Assembly (NCBI GenBank): GCA_002269645.1
Contig: NIVC01000874.1
Location: forward strand, 186,001-250,000
Source: Macrostomum lignano
Taxonomy: Eukaryota
Length of the DNA: 64,000 nucleotides
Direction of reading: 5' to 3'
Shown here: positions 27,501 to 39,218 of the stretch, one piece after another
Layout: the number at the start of each line of letters is the position of its first letter
Numbering within the stretch: position 1 is the stretch's first letter
Program-made: the position numbers and the translations under genes
The notes under the pieces: model-generated
What the model saw: only the letters and a program-made list of their open reading frames with translations
The model's database searches: none
Told to the model about the DNA's origin: nothing

Positions 27501-30500
27501 CCTAATTAATGAAATTTTCGGTGCGCAGAATTCCTGCCGGTCCATCGCAACACCGAACAGTCCAGCCTATACACAGGTCAGTCCCTCTAACTTGCGAATC
27601 ACCTGGAAGCGAGATCAATCAAAAGTAGGCGTCTATTCTGTCTTGGTTTTTGCCTACAACAATGTGAGCAATGACTCGGCGCAAACATTTGCCACCGTGA
27701 TTGACATCCCTTGCTACAAGCCAATGGTGAGACTGTTTGACTCGGACGCATCTCCATTGCAAGTGTCATCAGTGCAGACAATCAGGAGGTCCGAGCAAAT
27801 CAACCTCACTGCCGTGGCGCCATACAACTGCTCCAAGCTGACCAACATCAGCACATACTGGACCATCATTGCTGTACAATCATCTACCCAGCTTCCTCTG
27901 TGCACTGACAACTCCGATCAGTGCTTGGTTCAGCGTCGGATGTTGCCATACGGGCTGTACAATGTCTCATTCACTGCCGAGCTGACTGTGGATGCTGCTA
28001 TGGCAGAGACTGCGTGGATATTGCTGAACGTCTCAAAGACTCCATTGAGTCTAGAAGCTATTACTGGTCCGGAATATGTTTCATTCAATCAGACCTTCGT
28101 GCTAAATGCGTCTGCGACGGCCACGGACTTTGACGTGGAAGATGGAGATCTTAGCGGCATGACGTTCCAGTGGAGCTGCTTCAGACCTGAAGAATCAGAC
28201 TCAGCCAACACCATCAGCATCCCATCGCAGACTGAAGCCAGAGCGCTCTCGGAACTGAGAGGCTGCTTCGGTAACGGATCTGGTGTCGTGTACTTGGGAA
28301 ACGCATCCATTGCTGGATCCATCACTGTGAACTCATTCGATCTTGTTCCGAACGCAAGCTATGTGTTCCGAGTCCGTCTTAAAAAAGACACCAGAGAGGT
28401 TTGGCAATCAAAGACTGTGTTTGTTGAGTCACAGCCGAAGCCTGTAGGCCGACTTGATTGCGAGCAGAACTGCGGAGCCAAAGTTGTCGCCAAGAGGCCG
28501 CTTGTCTACAGACTTGTGTGCGAGCAGAACTGTGGCCACAAGTTCTTTGCCGTGAGCAGCAACTTGACGATTGTTCGGCTCGGTGTCAGCGGAGACGAGA
28601 TCGAGGGAACTCGCCAGTCAAGCAGCGATGGCCAGGAGCTCTCGATTTCGGCTGGCACACTGATGGAGAGCTCCTACTACAGAGTGATGGGACAGCTGTG
28701 GAATCTGGGTCAAGAGATTTCAAACCTTGTTGCCAACATAACCGTGAATGGGCCTCCAGTAGGCGGCACCTGTCGTGTGGATCCTCCTGGAGGTACGTGC
28801 TAGCAATTTAATAACAGTTTTGCATATTGCTTAGCAAATATCAATTTTTATTTTGTGCAGCGTTTTTTAAGATGGAAAAGTCTCCCATTGCTTAAGATTT
28901 TCTGACCTTTATGACAATTTTTATTGGATCGCAAACGTTGTGTGACGGATCTGGTCTCCTGCATGAATTTTTCACTTCTATTTGCTTCAGTGGTTAACAT
29001 GAGGACGCTGGCCCATCTGACCTGCGCCAACTGGACGGAATTCGGAGCGTTCGTTGCTCCGCTGGCGTACTCGGCAACACTCTTCCGGTGGGATCCGACT
29101 GAGTCGCCGACTCGATTCGACTCTAGTAGCGCCAGTTTTCCCACAGTTTTGCTGCCTGTCGGGGCAAGCAGCGGCTTGGGCAGCATTGAGTTTAAAATCG
29201 CAGATTCTCTTGGAGCAGAGGCGATCTTCACCATCAACATTTCAGTCAGTCTCAGAAAAGCTGTCAAATCTTTGGTCTGGGAAGTACGATTAAAATGAGA
29301 CTTGCTCTCGATGTTTTAGATTTCGGCTCTGACGGGCACATCAAGCGAGTTGCTTTCTCTGTTGGAAAAGCTGCTGCACCCTCTCGACTCGATAATCGCA
29401 AGTTTATTCGCCTCCGGTGACTACAGCGCCGCGGCAGTCACCTTGAAGTCAATCGCGCTGGCCATGAATGCCTGGAACGAAGATGCCTACGGAGCAGCAT
29501 TGTCTCCAGACGATTTGGCCGCATTCCAGCTGCGAATGACTGCGGTACATTAGAGATTAAATGTCATTTACAAAGTGGCAAAAGTTTTATTATTGTTCTA
29601 CCTTTGCAGATGAGACTGAAGTATTTGAATTTTGTTAACGCTCTTCCGTTCAACTTCTCGGATGCGTTGCAAGTAACAACCATTCTCTTGCGATTTGGAG
29701 TGAATTCAACAAGCCAGTTGGATATACCTGGACAGGTAATTAATGTTTGCAGATCAAGAAGCGTAAATAGTTTTTCTTTAAAATTGGCTTTATCTTTAAA
29801 AACTTTCATCAGGAGCTTGCGGCAAAAACGCTGAGAAAAGTCATCGAACAAGCGCGTATCGAAAGAGCGAACCTGTCGCACAAAGCCAGCGAAGAAATTC
29901 AGGACAATCTACTCAAATCAGGGCTGAGCATTTGGAATGCCTCTGGATTTTGGGCTGGCAACTACAGTAACCGCAGCATGGTCAAAGGTGTCATGCTGAA
30001 GACCCTCGACTGCATTGACTCTATCGGGCTTCTAGCGCTTGAGTCTGTCAGCAACTTCACGAAGGTCGAACCCGGGTTCGCTCTAATGGGCATAACGCAG
30101 GACGTTCAGGATGCAAATGTCACTGGAGCGAAGGTGGAAACAGATATGGGAAGCGTCTCACTGCCCAGGTTCAGCGCGGCAGATCCGTCCGGCAAATGCA
30201 ACATCACGTTCATGATGAGCGCAGCCGATCCGTACCACTGGAGCCAGTCGGAGTCCAAAGTCACAACGTCTTTCCTTCGTGGCCGATCGCAAGGATGCAG
30301 CTTTTACGACTTTCCACCATCCCGTGGGCGATCAAGGCGGTCAGCTTCCTCTTCTCCGACCTATGAGATGCAGCTGGCCGGAGCTCAGGTACCGCTGCTC
30401 AGAGTGGCTAAGACTCCCACTGACAAGTGGCTCATGATGTATCACAGCTTCAATGCAACAGGAGAGGTCATCCAGCTCGTCATCCAACCCGATGCTGGAC

Positions 30501-33500
30501 ATCAGCTCGAAGTTTTCCTGCACGAAGGCACCGCGCCAGATCCTCTTAACTACACTCTCCACCGAGTAGTGCCGCAGTCACTCAACTCGACCAATGACAC
30601 CGCAACAAAGGAGCTGATTTTCATTCCAGCTGATATGTTCTCAATTAACCAAACGGTGTTCGTAGGAGTGAGAAAGCTCGGCTGCTCAAGGGACTCGTCT
30701 GGCTCACTGACTTGCAGCAACTGCACCTTGCTGTATCATCTGGGAATCTCCACTCAACAGTGCTACGCATGGGACAGCGGGGTCGACGAGTGGCGCCTGT
30801 TGGATAGCGCCAAGTGCCAGGTAAGACGACTTAAGTGACAGTCGAGCTCACAATTTTAGAGCTAGAATTCGAGTCTGATTTGCAAATCGATCACTCTAAC
30901 TTTCAGGCAAGCGAGCAGACGGCGGTGGCGAGGCCGGCTTTCAAGGTGAACCTATTCGGCAGCATCGGAGCTGGAATCTCATTCGTGCCCAACACGATCG
31001 ACTTCGGCGAGCTGTTCGAAAACTGGCAGGGCAAGCTGAGCGAAAGCAGGGCAGTGCTGTCTGTTGTGATCGTTCTGTGGGTTCTGTTCATTCCTCTGGC
31101 AGTGTTACTGAGACGAATGGACCTGCGGGACGCACAGAAGGTGAGCAGTCAGCCCAGCTCTGATGAGTCGTGTTTTATGTCTTGTAAACCAGTTGACTTA
31201 CTGTGAGTCATCTCTCATTTCAGTTTCAATTTTTGCCCCTGAAAGACGAGCGGGAGCAGAAAGGCTTCGTCTACAAAATTGAGGTGTTCAACGGGTCGAA
31301 AAGAGGCTATGAAGTCCCTGTTGGAGTCTTCATCTCAGTTAAAGGCATGAATGCGAGCGAGCTACTGAGAACTCTGGATGACGGAGAGAGACGGGTCAGC
31401 TTCTTGTTTTTTACTTTCCGAATTTTTTGATTCAAGGTAAACTGATTTTCAGATTAGTTACAATTCGAACCTTACAGAACTTTGAAAGCGGAGGTGTTGA
31501 CAACTTCCTGATGACGACTAAAGCGCATCTGGGTGACATTCGATCCATCTGTCTGACATTTGACAAGACCGAGTCCGGTGCCGGCCGATGGTACGTCAGT
31601 CGCCTGATCGTCACTGACTGCACCAACGACAACAAGTACATCTTTGTGATTGAAGACTGGTTGAGTCCGGGCATCGACTCTGCTGTCAACTGCGCCTCAT
31701 CGATCGACCTCAAGTTCTCAAAGAACCTCGTCCGCAACCACCTGAGCAGACGGATGCAGGATGACCACATCTGGTTTTCAATGCTGCGACGGAAAGTGGA
31801 CACAAACTTCAGTCGATTGCAGCGTCTCGGAGTGTGCTGGAGTCTACTCTTCATGACGATGATTGCCAATGCCATGTGGTATGAGCGAACTTTGTGTATT
31901 CAACTTCAAAGTATCTCATTTTTACAATAAGGATAAAGAGTAAAAGTAGTAAAATGAAATCCATCAACCTCTTGCTTGATTTGCCCTGTCTGATTCCTGC
32001 AGGTACGAAGTCGCCGACAGCTCGTCGGAGGCCTTCCGAATCGGACCGGTGAAGGTTTCTACGGCTCCCTCATCACTTCAATACTCGGTGCGCTCACAGT
32101 GCTGCCCGTGTCCATGGCGACTGTCCTGCTGTTTCTCAAGTCCAAGCGACAGCCGCAACATATCGAGCCTGCGCAGCGGTACCGACCTCAGTCGAGTCGA
32201 AGTCGCCGCGTCATCAACAGCGATGCGGCGACGACCGAGGATGAGACTGAGGCTGAGGAGGAAGAGAAGACCTGGATCTCTAAATTCTCTCTGCCTCACT
32301 GGTGCCAGTACGTTGGTTGGGTGCTTCTCGTTTTGAGTGTGCTCACTGCCGGCGTGTTCATTGTCTTCTACGCAATGGACTGGGGCAAGGAGAAGTCGGA
32401 AGGCTGGTTGCTTGCGTTTTTCTTTTCCTTCTTTGAGACGGTGTTGCTTCTCCAGCCGCTGAAAGTGTTGGCTGTCGGGTTGGTGCTGGCTCTGCTGATG
32501 AGGAAGGACTACGACTCCATGGATGCCCACAGCGTCCGAGTTCGCGAGATTCATGACGGTCGAGGTGAGATTTTGAGTGTTCTGAAATACTTTCTTTTAT
32601 GCTGTAGAAATATGTTATTATTCATCAAATTTCAGAGAAGTTCATGCTTCTCCAAGATGTTCTCTCTTCGCAGTCGAACGACGCACTCCGCAAGAAGGCA
32701 AAGTCAACAGCGATCAGCATCGGCCTGAACCTTGCGTACCTGTTCCTTTTGTACTGCGTCTGCTATGGCTCCATGGATCCGGTCGTGTTTCACCTGAAAC
32801 AACGGCTTGAAGATGCGGCTTACCGTCAACCAGCCGAGTCCTCAGTTCAGCCTTGACAAGGTTTGCAATAAGGCCCTTTTTGCAATATTGGGATAAAAGC
32901 TGTGCTCCCTGTTTCTTATGTTTGCACTTCCCTGACGAACTCCAGGTGCAGAAATGGGAGGACATTCACACCTGGCTGAACCGCACAGTTCTACCAAATC
33001 TCTATCCGACTGTGGCTGCGAATGGCCAACCATTGAGTGAAGCTGAGCAGAAGTTCATCTCCGATGGTGTTGGCTTTCGGTTGGGTCGCGTGAAGCTGAG
33101 ACAGCTCAGGGTGCGTCCCGTGTGGCGCGACTCTCTGGCAGTGTCTGCCGAGTACAGTGCGAGCACTGAAGATCGCAGCTGCTACGGCATCGGCTGGCGC
33201 ACCCAACTGCCCTGCAACCACACTGGGAGCGGCCTTGACGCTGCATTCCACGCCAGAACGGTCACCCCGTGGCCAACATGGGGCACGTACAACTCATACA
33301 GCGGAAGGGGCTACGTGCTCGACCTGCCAAACAACTTCTCCAAAGCCCTCTCACTCCTGCAAGAGGCCACGCATTACCACTGGATTGATAACTACACACG
33401 AGCAGTGCTGCTTGAATGCAGCTTGTTCTACCCTGACACCAACTTCTTTACATCCGTGTCCATCCTGACCGAGCTGCCTCCGTTCGGTGGCGCCTTGAGC

Positions 33501-35031
33501 TCCGCCAGTCTGCGATCAACGAGCCTTTACCGGTACATCGGCGCCAGCGGAGCCCTTCGACTGTGTGCTGAGCTGCTGGCCGCTGCAATCACTCTGGTAC
33601 TGCTGCTGCTGCAACTGCGGTCTTGTTGGCTTCAGGGCTTCTCAAAACACTTCTCCAATCCGTGGAATGTGTCGCACCTGCTCACAAACCTCACCATGAT
33701 TGCCGGCCTCGTGTTTCTTCTGCTGCGCAGCTTCGCCACAGTTGCAGCCCTGGAGTCCATGCAGAACTCCAACTCTGGCAATCTGGAAACTGTCATGTTC
33801 TTCGACGAGTCGTTCTACTACTGCCTCGGTATCGCCATGTTTCTCGTACAGATCGGCTTTCTCAACCTGGTCCGCTACTCCCGCAGTCTGGCCCACCTGT
33901 CGGGCACTCTGGGGAACTCGCTGTCGGAGCTGAGGTCGTTCTTCTGGGTGTTTCTCGTAATCTTCTTGGCCTTCGCCTTCATCGCAAATCTTGTTCTGGG
34001 ACCCGTGGACGGAGAGTACCGCAGTCTGATGCAGACGATGATCACACAGCTGTCCGTGATGCTGGGAAAGTTCAATGCCACTTTTGAAGACAGCCGCAGC
34101 GCCCTGTACAAGATCCTGTTCTTCTCCTACACATTCACGATCGTGTTCATAGTGCTGAACATATTTGTGGTTCTGCTGAATGAGAGCTATGCGGATGCGA
34201 CCAACTCCAGCGACGACGAGCAGCAGCAGGAGGCTTTCCAGGTCGTCGACACTGTCATCCAGTCGTTTAAGTCCATCTTTCGTTTGGAACGCCAACCGCA
34301 GTACTGTGATTTTGGTAAGTGAAACGTCCGACTGCAATGATTTTGCACAGTTGTCATAATAGTTTCCACCATAATTAGATCCAATACTTGTAAATGCAAA
34401 AACGTTTTATTCAGTTCTCAGAGGTATATGACTCGACATAATCATTATAACGCAAACTTTAAGAATCGTCCCATTTTCGGGAAGTTTTCAGATGATGGTT
34501 AGCTCTACCAGTCGATGCCAGTCAGCTCTAGTTAGATTTAGATTACAGGCAGGTGGCTGTGTGCACCCTGGAGCACTTTAAGCGACATTGTCACACAACT
34601 TAACCGGCGAGAGGCATTACTGCCCATTCCGCAGACTCTCCTGAGCAGGTACACAAGCGCGTGGATATGTACGCAGTCATACGCACACACTCACACAGCG
34701 GCCCTGACCTTATTTATTTATCGATAGGCATGTACACTTCACTCTGCATTGGGGGTTGGCCCTCAAGGCCGCTTATTGCACGAGCAGATCCAAGCTGGGA
34801 TTCCAATTTAGCCATAAAATAATGTGACTGCACTTGGAATCGAGCCTGGGCCGCTGGCACATCAGAGCGCCGCGCCAGACCGCTGGGCTGCGGCCCCCTC
34901 CCAAATCAGCTCTAAACAGTATAAAACTCGCCCAATACTCAGGAATGGACAGTCGCCTTCTGACTCTTATGGAGAAGTTCGAGGAGATGCAGCACGCCTT
35001 GGAAGCCGCTGTTTTTGATAAAAGAGGATGA
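15536..35031 (+). CDS. Polycystin-1-like (PKD1L/REJ family) 11-TM receptor/channel subunit, ~4,000 aa; contains apparent frameshifts
   Basis: Exons with compatible phases: 15536-15632 (signal peptide), 16612-17067 (F5/8C-like), 18368-18588, 18677-18818, 20430-20834 (C-type lectin), 20954-21232, 21336-21457, 21544-21705, 22930-23083, 23182-23814, 23962-25032, 25115-25546, 25637-28792 (PKD repeats + REJ), 28991-29244, 29320-29544, 29610-29735, 29813-30820, 30907-31140 (GPS end, PNTIDF, TM1), 31224-31394 and 31478-31878 (PLAT; MQDDHIWFS..NFSRLQRLGVC), 32003-32564, 32636-32860, 32946-34314 (TOP + channel TMs, LNIFVVLLNESY), 34910-35031. Breaks at ~32058 and ~32854; the 5' exon structure is less certain. 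Confidence 0.9.
16195..16611 (+). repeat. Intronic minisatellite, 20-bp unit TCCCAATCACCTGCAGCGAG
   Basis: About 20 tandem units; the last supplies the CAG acceptor of the exon at 16612. Confidence 0.97.
21719..22675 (+). repeat. Intronic minisatellite, 22-bp unit ACCAATGCA(C/T)ACTGCAAACTTT (shorter 18-bp variants)
   Basis: Tandem array starting ~13 nt after the donor at 21706; it explains ORFs 21772-22778. Confidence 0.98.
34696..34897 (-). mobile_element. tRNA-derived SINE, copy 2
   Basis: Shares AATGTGACTG.ACTTGGAATCGAGCC.TGGGCCGCTGGCACAT.AGAGCGC with copy 1. A/B-box-like head and (TAAA)n-like tail on the minus strand. Confidence 0.75.
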
Positions 35032-37656
35032 GAGCACGAACAGTCAAACGAACTTATATTAATATTTGTCTTTTCTTTTTTCTCCATTTAGTTCAGTGTT
35101 TAGTTCAGTCCAATTTTCGTATTGTTCTTTTGGTGATGGACTATGATTAAACTAAATCGCCTCTTTTAAACGTGCGTTACGAGCTAACAATATTTAAAAC
35201 TGTCTTTCTGCGAAAACTTTTTACTGTAAGCTTCTAATAATATTTACTATTTTTCTGCAACAGAATTACTGTATTCTTTCATATTTAACTTTCTTTACTT
35301 GCACTATGCGGCATGCAGCGGTTCGAGTACCAGATTAGAGGGATCGCACCTACGTATACAGCGGGTGGCTTTTACTGGGACAAATGAGGAACAGAAAAAT
35401 TAATTTCTCTACACTGGCGCTTGCATGCTTCAACTTGATAATTAAACAATAAACCTTTACTGTCTTACAAATACTTTATTGGATTAGCTATTCTACTGCA
35501 CATTGTTTTGTTGCGCTTTGATCAGTCTTATTCGAGTTTTATAATTAATCGACATTTCTATAACAAAGTGAGGTACCGTGTGGGGCATTTCTCTCAACAA
35601 TGACGTTTGATACGATGCATTTACATGCAATTGTTAAGGATGGTTGACCGTAGAGGTGATATAATATTATCAAACGAGTATTTATACCTGAAATGAGTAT
35701 TTAGCGCCATGGATTTGATGCTGTATTCGGGATGCTGGCTGGTTTTGTTGGTTACTACTAATTTCGGCGCTGCAGCTGCGCTAGACACTCCGATCATTTT
35801 GGCGCATTGGAGCAAAATTCTGGATTTGCATTATTGAACTGTGCAAGTTTAAGATGAGTGTCTTTGGTTATTTAAGCGTTTTGAAAAAACTAAATACCGG
35901 TCACAAAGTGAAAGAGCATTGATATATCCTCTACAGTATTTTCCGGGTGTTCATGCCCCCCGGCGCGTGATGCCATTGCATCGTAGTAATAAATAAATTT
36001 ACTTGGATAATAAATAATTGCGCTTATACGTATCCACAAAGATTGCTATCAAAATAAAAAATGATAGCAACTTTGGGCTGTGCAAGAATTAATGCATCAA
36101 AAATGTTCATGGCCATTATATCGTTCTTTTCGGAGACACATGGTAATGTACTACGAGCTAGAAGAATTTGAAGCCTGGCCAGAATCTCGGTAGAAAATTG
36201 GAACCTCGGAGTCAGGAGATCAATCCACTTTATCGACGGTATTGGGTTCCCATCGTTTACAGATCGCAGGAATCGAGGTGCTGTATGTGTAAAGGTTTTT
36301 CCACCTTTATTCATGCTCATCAGGTCACGTGCATATACATTGTATGCATATAATTATTTTATACTGTATACTGCCCTGTTCCAAGGACCACTAGGAACAC
36401 GTACGCGTACTTCGTTATAGGCTAGTAGTCCTTGCCCTTTTCCTAAACATTCCTAACATACAATTACCTATCATAATTCAGAATAAATGAAACATCAAGT
36501 CATGGATTTGCTTTCCAGCTTTGAGAATAAATCATAAAAAATAATTTGAGTCAATCGACGTACGTACGGGCTATTGAGATTTTGGGTTCTGGTGCAGCCT
36601 AAAGTATATTTTTATGTTGGTATAACCACACCTAGCTCAATCTTAGTACGTGGTCTTAATTCTTAAATTCTTGCCTCGTAATAATCCACATGCACAAACT
36701 GAATCAAATATGCTTTACGAACCGATCAACGTTTCTAACTTTTTAAATTCTGCCTTTCTTAGAAAAATGACAATAATTAATTTATTCGGCTAGGCCTAAT
36801 TAGGCAGCTCTCAGCGATAACTTTTAATGTGATTTGGATTCTGCCTGCGGCCTGTCTGTTTAACTGTTTCTGAGTTTTCTGAGACTGAAAGTTTTTGTTT
36901 CAAATAGGCTAGTCAAGTTTTATAACTTTAATTTCAAGGTTATAAAAATTTTTCTAACCTACTAAATAAGATTTACCAGCATTATGCTGGCAGCATAGGC
37001 CAATAGGCCCAGGCTAAGCCTAGAAACTAAATGAAAACTCAAGTCAAGACTCCACTCCAAGAGTCTACTAGTCTAGGCCTTAAAAATTGGCATCATAAAA
37101 ACAAAGTTTGCAGACACTGGTCCTAACCTATATTCCTTTAACAAAGTGTAAAAATTCATCTCAAAGTTGAACTCTTATGCCTAAACTAGATTTTTGGGGA
37201 TCTATAAAGTTCCCAATATCTTAATGAGCTCATATTTAAGTTAAATGCCTTATCTGTCTTGTCTTTTAATTATAGATATTGCCTATGACAATCTAAAAAA
37301 TGTAGGCCTATCAGTGTTTTTTATTTTTGAGACTGTAGTTTAGTATAAATCATAGTTAATTATTTCAAATAATTAGGACTTTACCTAAAGATAAACAAGT
37401 TAGGCCTAACATTTAAAAATGATGCCCTATATAATTATAGACCTAGGTACTAATCTATGACCTAGGTCTATCTTTATAAATATATTTTATATTAAAATAA
37501 AAAAGTTGTACTGGGTGATTGGTAAAAATCTGGACATGGTTAGTTTTTGCCATAGACAAACTTTAACGAGGCGAATTTATTGAGCTGATGCTTTTGAGCA
37601 ATACTGGTGGTCTTCCTCACAACTTAAGTTGTTTTTTTTCACTCATTTGCCCCATC

Positions 37657-38720
37657 ATGTTTGAGATGCAGTCTCTAAATGAAGAGCAGCGGCGTAAACT
37701 GGTTGTACAATATAAAATTGAGCACCCTAAGCTGAGCAAAAATGCAATTGCAAAATATTTTGCTGAGCTTGGTGTCCCAAGATCAACCATTTATGGAATT
37801 CTGGATCGCTACTCAGCAACTGGAGAAGATTCTATGCTACGGAAGGAGGGGTCAGGACAACCAGCTACCAAGGTCACTGCCACTTTAATGGAGAAGATGT
37901 CAAATGATGCCAGGATGGGTCTGTCCCAGCGCAAAATTGCACGCAAATATGATATCAGCCAGCCATACGTCAACAAGATTCTCAAGAAGCAGGGACTGAG
38001 TGCATACAAGAAAGAAAAAGTGCCATTTGTGTCATTTGAGCAGAAAGAGCGCCAGCGTGTGAGGATTGACAGGCTCTACTGTGCTGTGCTGGCAGGAGAT
38101 GACGGCGGACTGGACATTGTCATGGACAATGAATCGTACTTCTCTCTGTCATCCAATGTCATCCCTGGTAACAGGTTCTATTATGCAACAGCTCGAGGTA
38201 ATGCACCTGATGAGGTCAGGTGTTCACCCAGCAAGAAATTTGAGGCCAAGTCTTGGTCTGGCTGGCCATCAGCAAGAAGGGCATGTCCAAGGTCTTCTTC
38301 TGCCACGGCAGCTCAATGAACAAAGAGATCTACATAAGAGAGTGCATTCATAAGCGTCTATTGCCATTTATTAAGGAACAGCATGCTGACGGCAACTACC
38401 TGTTCTGGCCTGACCTGGCAAGCTGTCACTATGCTTGTGACGTCATTGACACATTTGAAGAGGAAGATGTCAATTTTGTCAGCAAGGAGCTCAATCCTCC
38501 CAATGTACCACAGCTGCGACCAATTGAGAACTTCTGGGGGATGTTGAAGCAAAAGGTTTACCATCACAATTGGACGGCGGACAGTCTGGAACAGCTGGAA
38601 AATCGCATTCGCTACTGCCTCTGCCAGGTGGATCTGCACTATGTACAGGAGATGATGACCAATGTCAAGTCCGGGATTCGCCGAGCTCGGGCTAATGGTG
38701 TCGGAGCCATTTGGCAATGA
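37657..38720 (+). mobile_element. Tc1/mariner (IS630-Tc1-mariner) DD37E-type transposase pseudogene
   Basis: HTH-like N-terminus (VPRSTIYGILDRY; LSQRKIARKYDIS). Motifs VMDNESY, FWPDLASCH and PQLRPIENFW, with 37 residues between the second D (38412) and E (38526). 1-bp frameshift at ~38250. Termini (~37510, ~38850) are only weakly TIR-like. Confidence 0.92.
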
Positions 38721-39218
38721 GCCAGACAATCCCTTATATATTGAACTAAATTATATATTGAACTATGTAGAGTTGTAGAAAAGATAATATGTCAATAGAA
38801 ACAAAAATAATTCAAATATACTAAATGTCTAAGATCTGTCTGTCCATCTGTAATGCTCTAGAGACTTTAATATACTAAAATGGTTTGCCAGTATACTGGT
38901 ATGTGTTTGATCAATTTTAGAAAAACATGGCTCAAGCAATTTTCTTCAAACTTTAGCTACTAAAGTTAGCTACTAATAGTGATATGTATAGTGTACACTC
39001 TGCATGGTAATAATGTATGGCTAGCTTGGTCAATGAATTCATAGCAATCTTCTTATTATGCAATACTCTTGTTGCAATATGAGCGTAAATATATTTAATT
39101 GAGTAGCTGGCTCATTTAAGTGTATTGTTTCTCTTGCCAAACTAAATACTTGTAGCTAGTCTGAGTCATTAAATGGCATCACAAGCAAACTCTCAGTGAG
39201 ACCCCCCGCACACCAATA

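Noticed and set aside
33642-34337. Antisense ORFs over exons (also 41-460, 44998-45366, 45651-46145, 51627-52124, 53456-54067)
   Set aside because: Shadow frames of GC3-rich coding exons; no independent homology.
34492-34497. 6-nt micro-exon (TTTTCAG|ATGATG|GTTAGC) in the last polycystin intron
   Set aside because: Phase-compatible but likely to arise by chance; needs RNA evidence.
36024-36353. Short ORFs in intergenic DNA
   Set aside because: No homology or consistent splice context recognised.
37509-38852. TIR pair for the DD37E element
   Set aside because: TA-CTGGGTGATTGG..ATCTGGACA and TGTCTAAGAT..CCATCTG-TA are only loosely complementary; the ends are not supportable.
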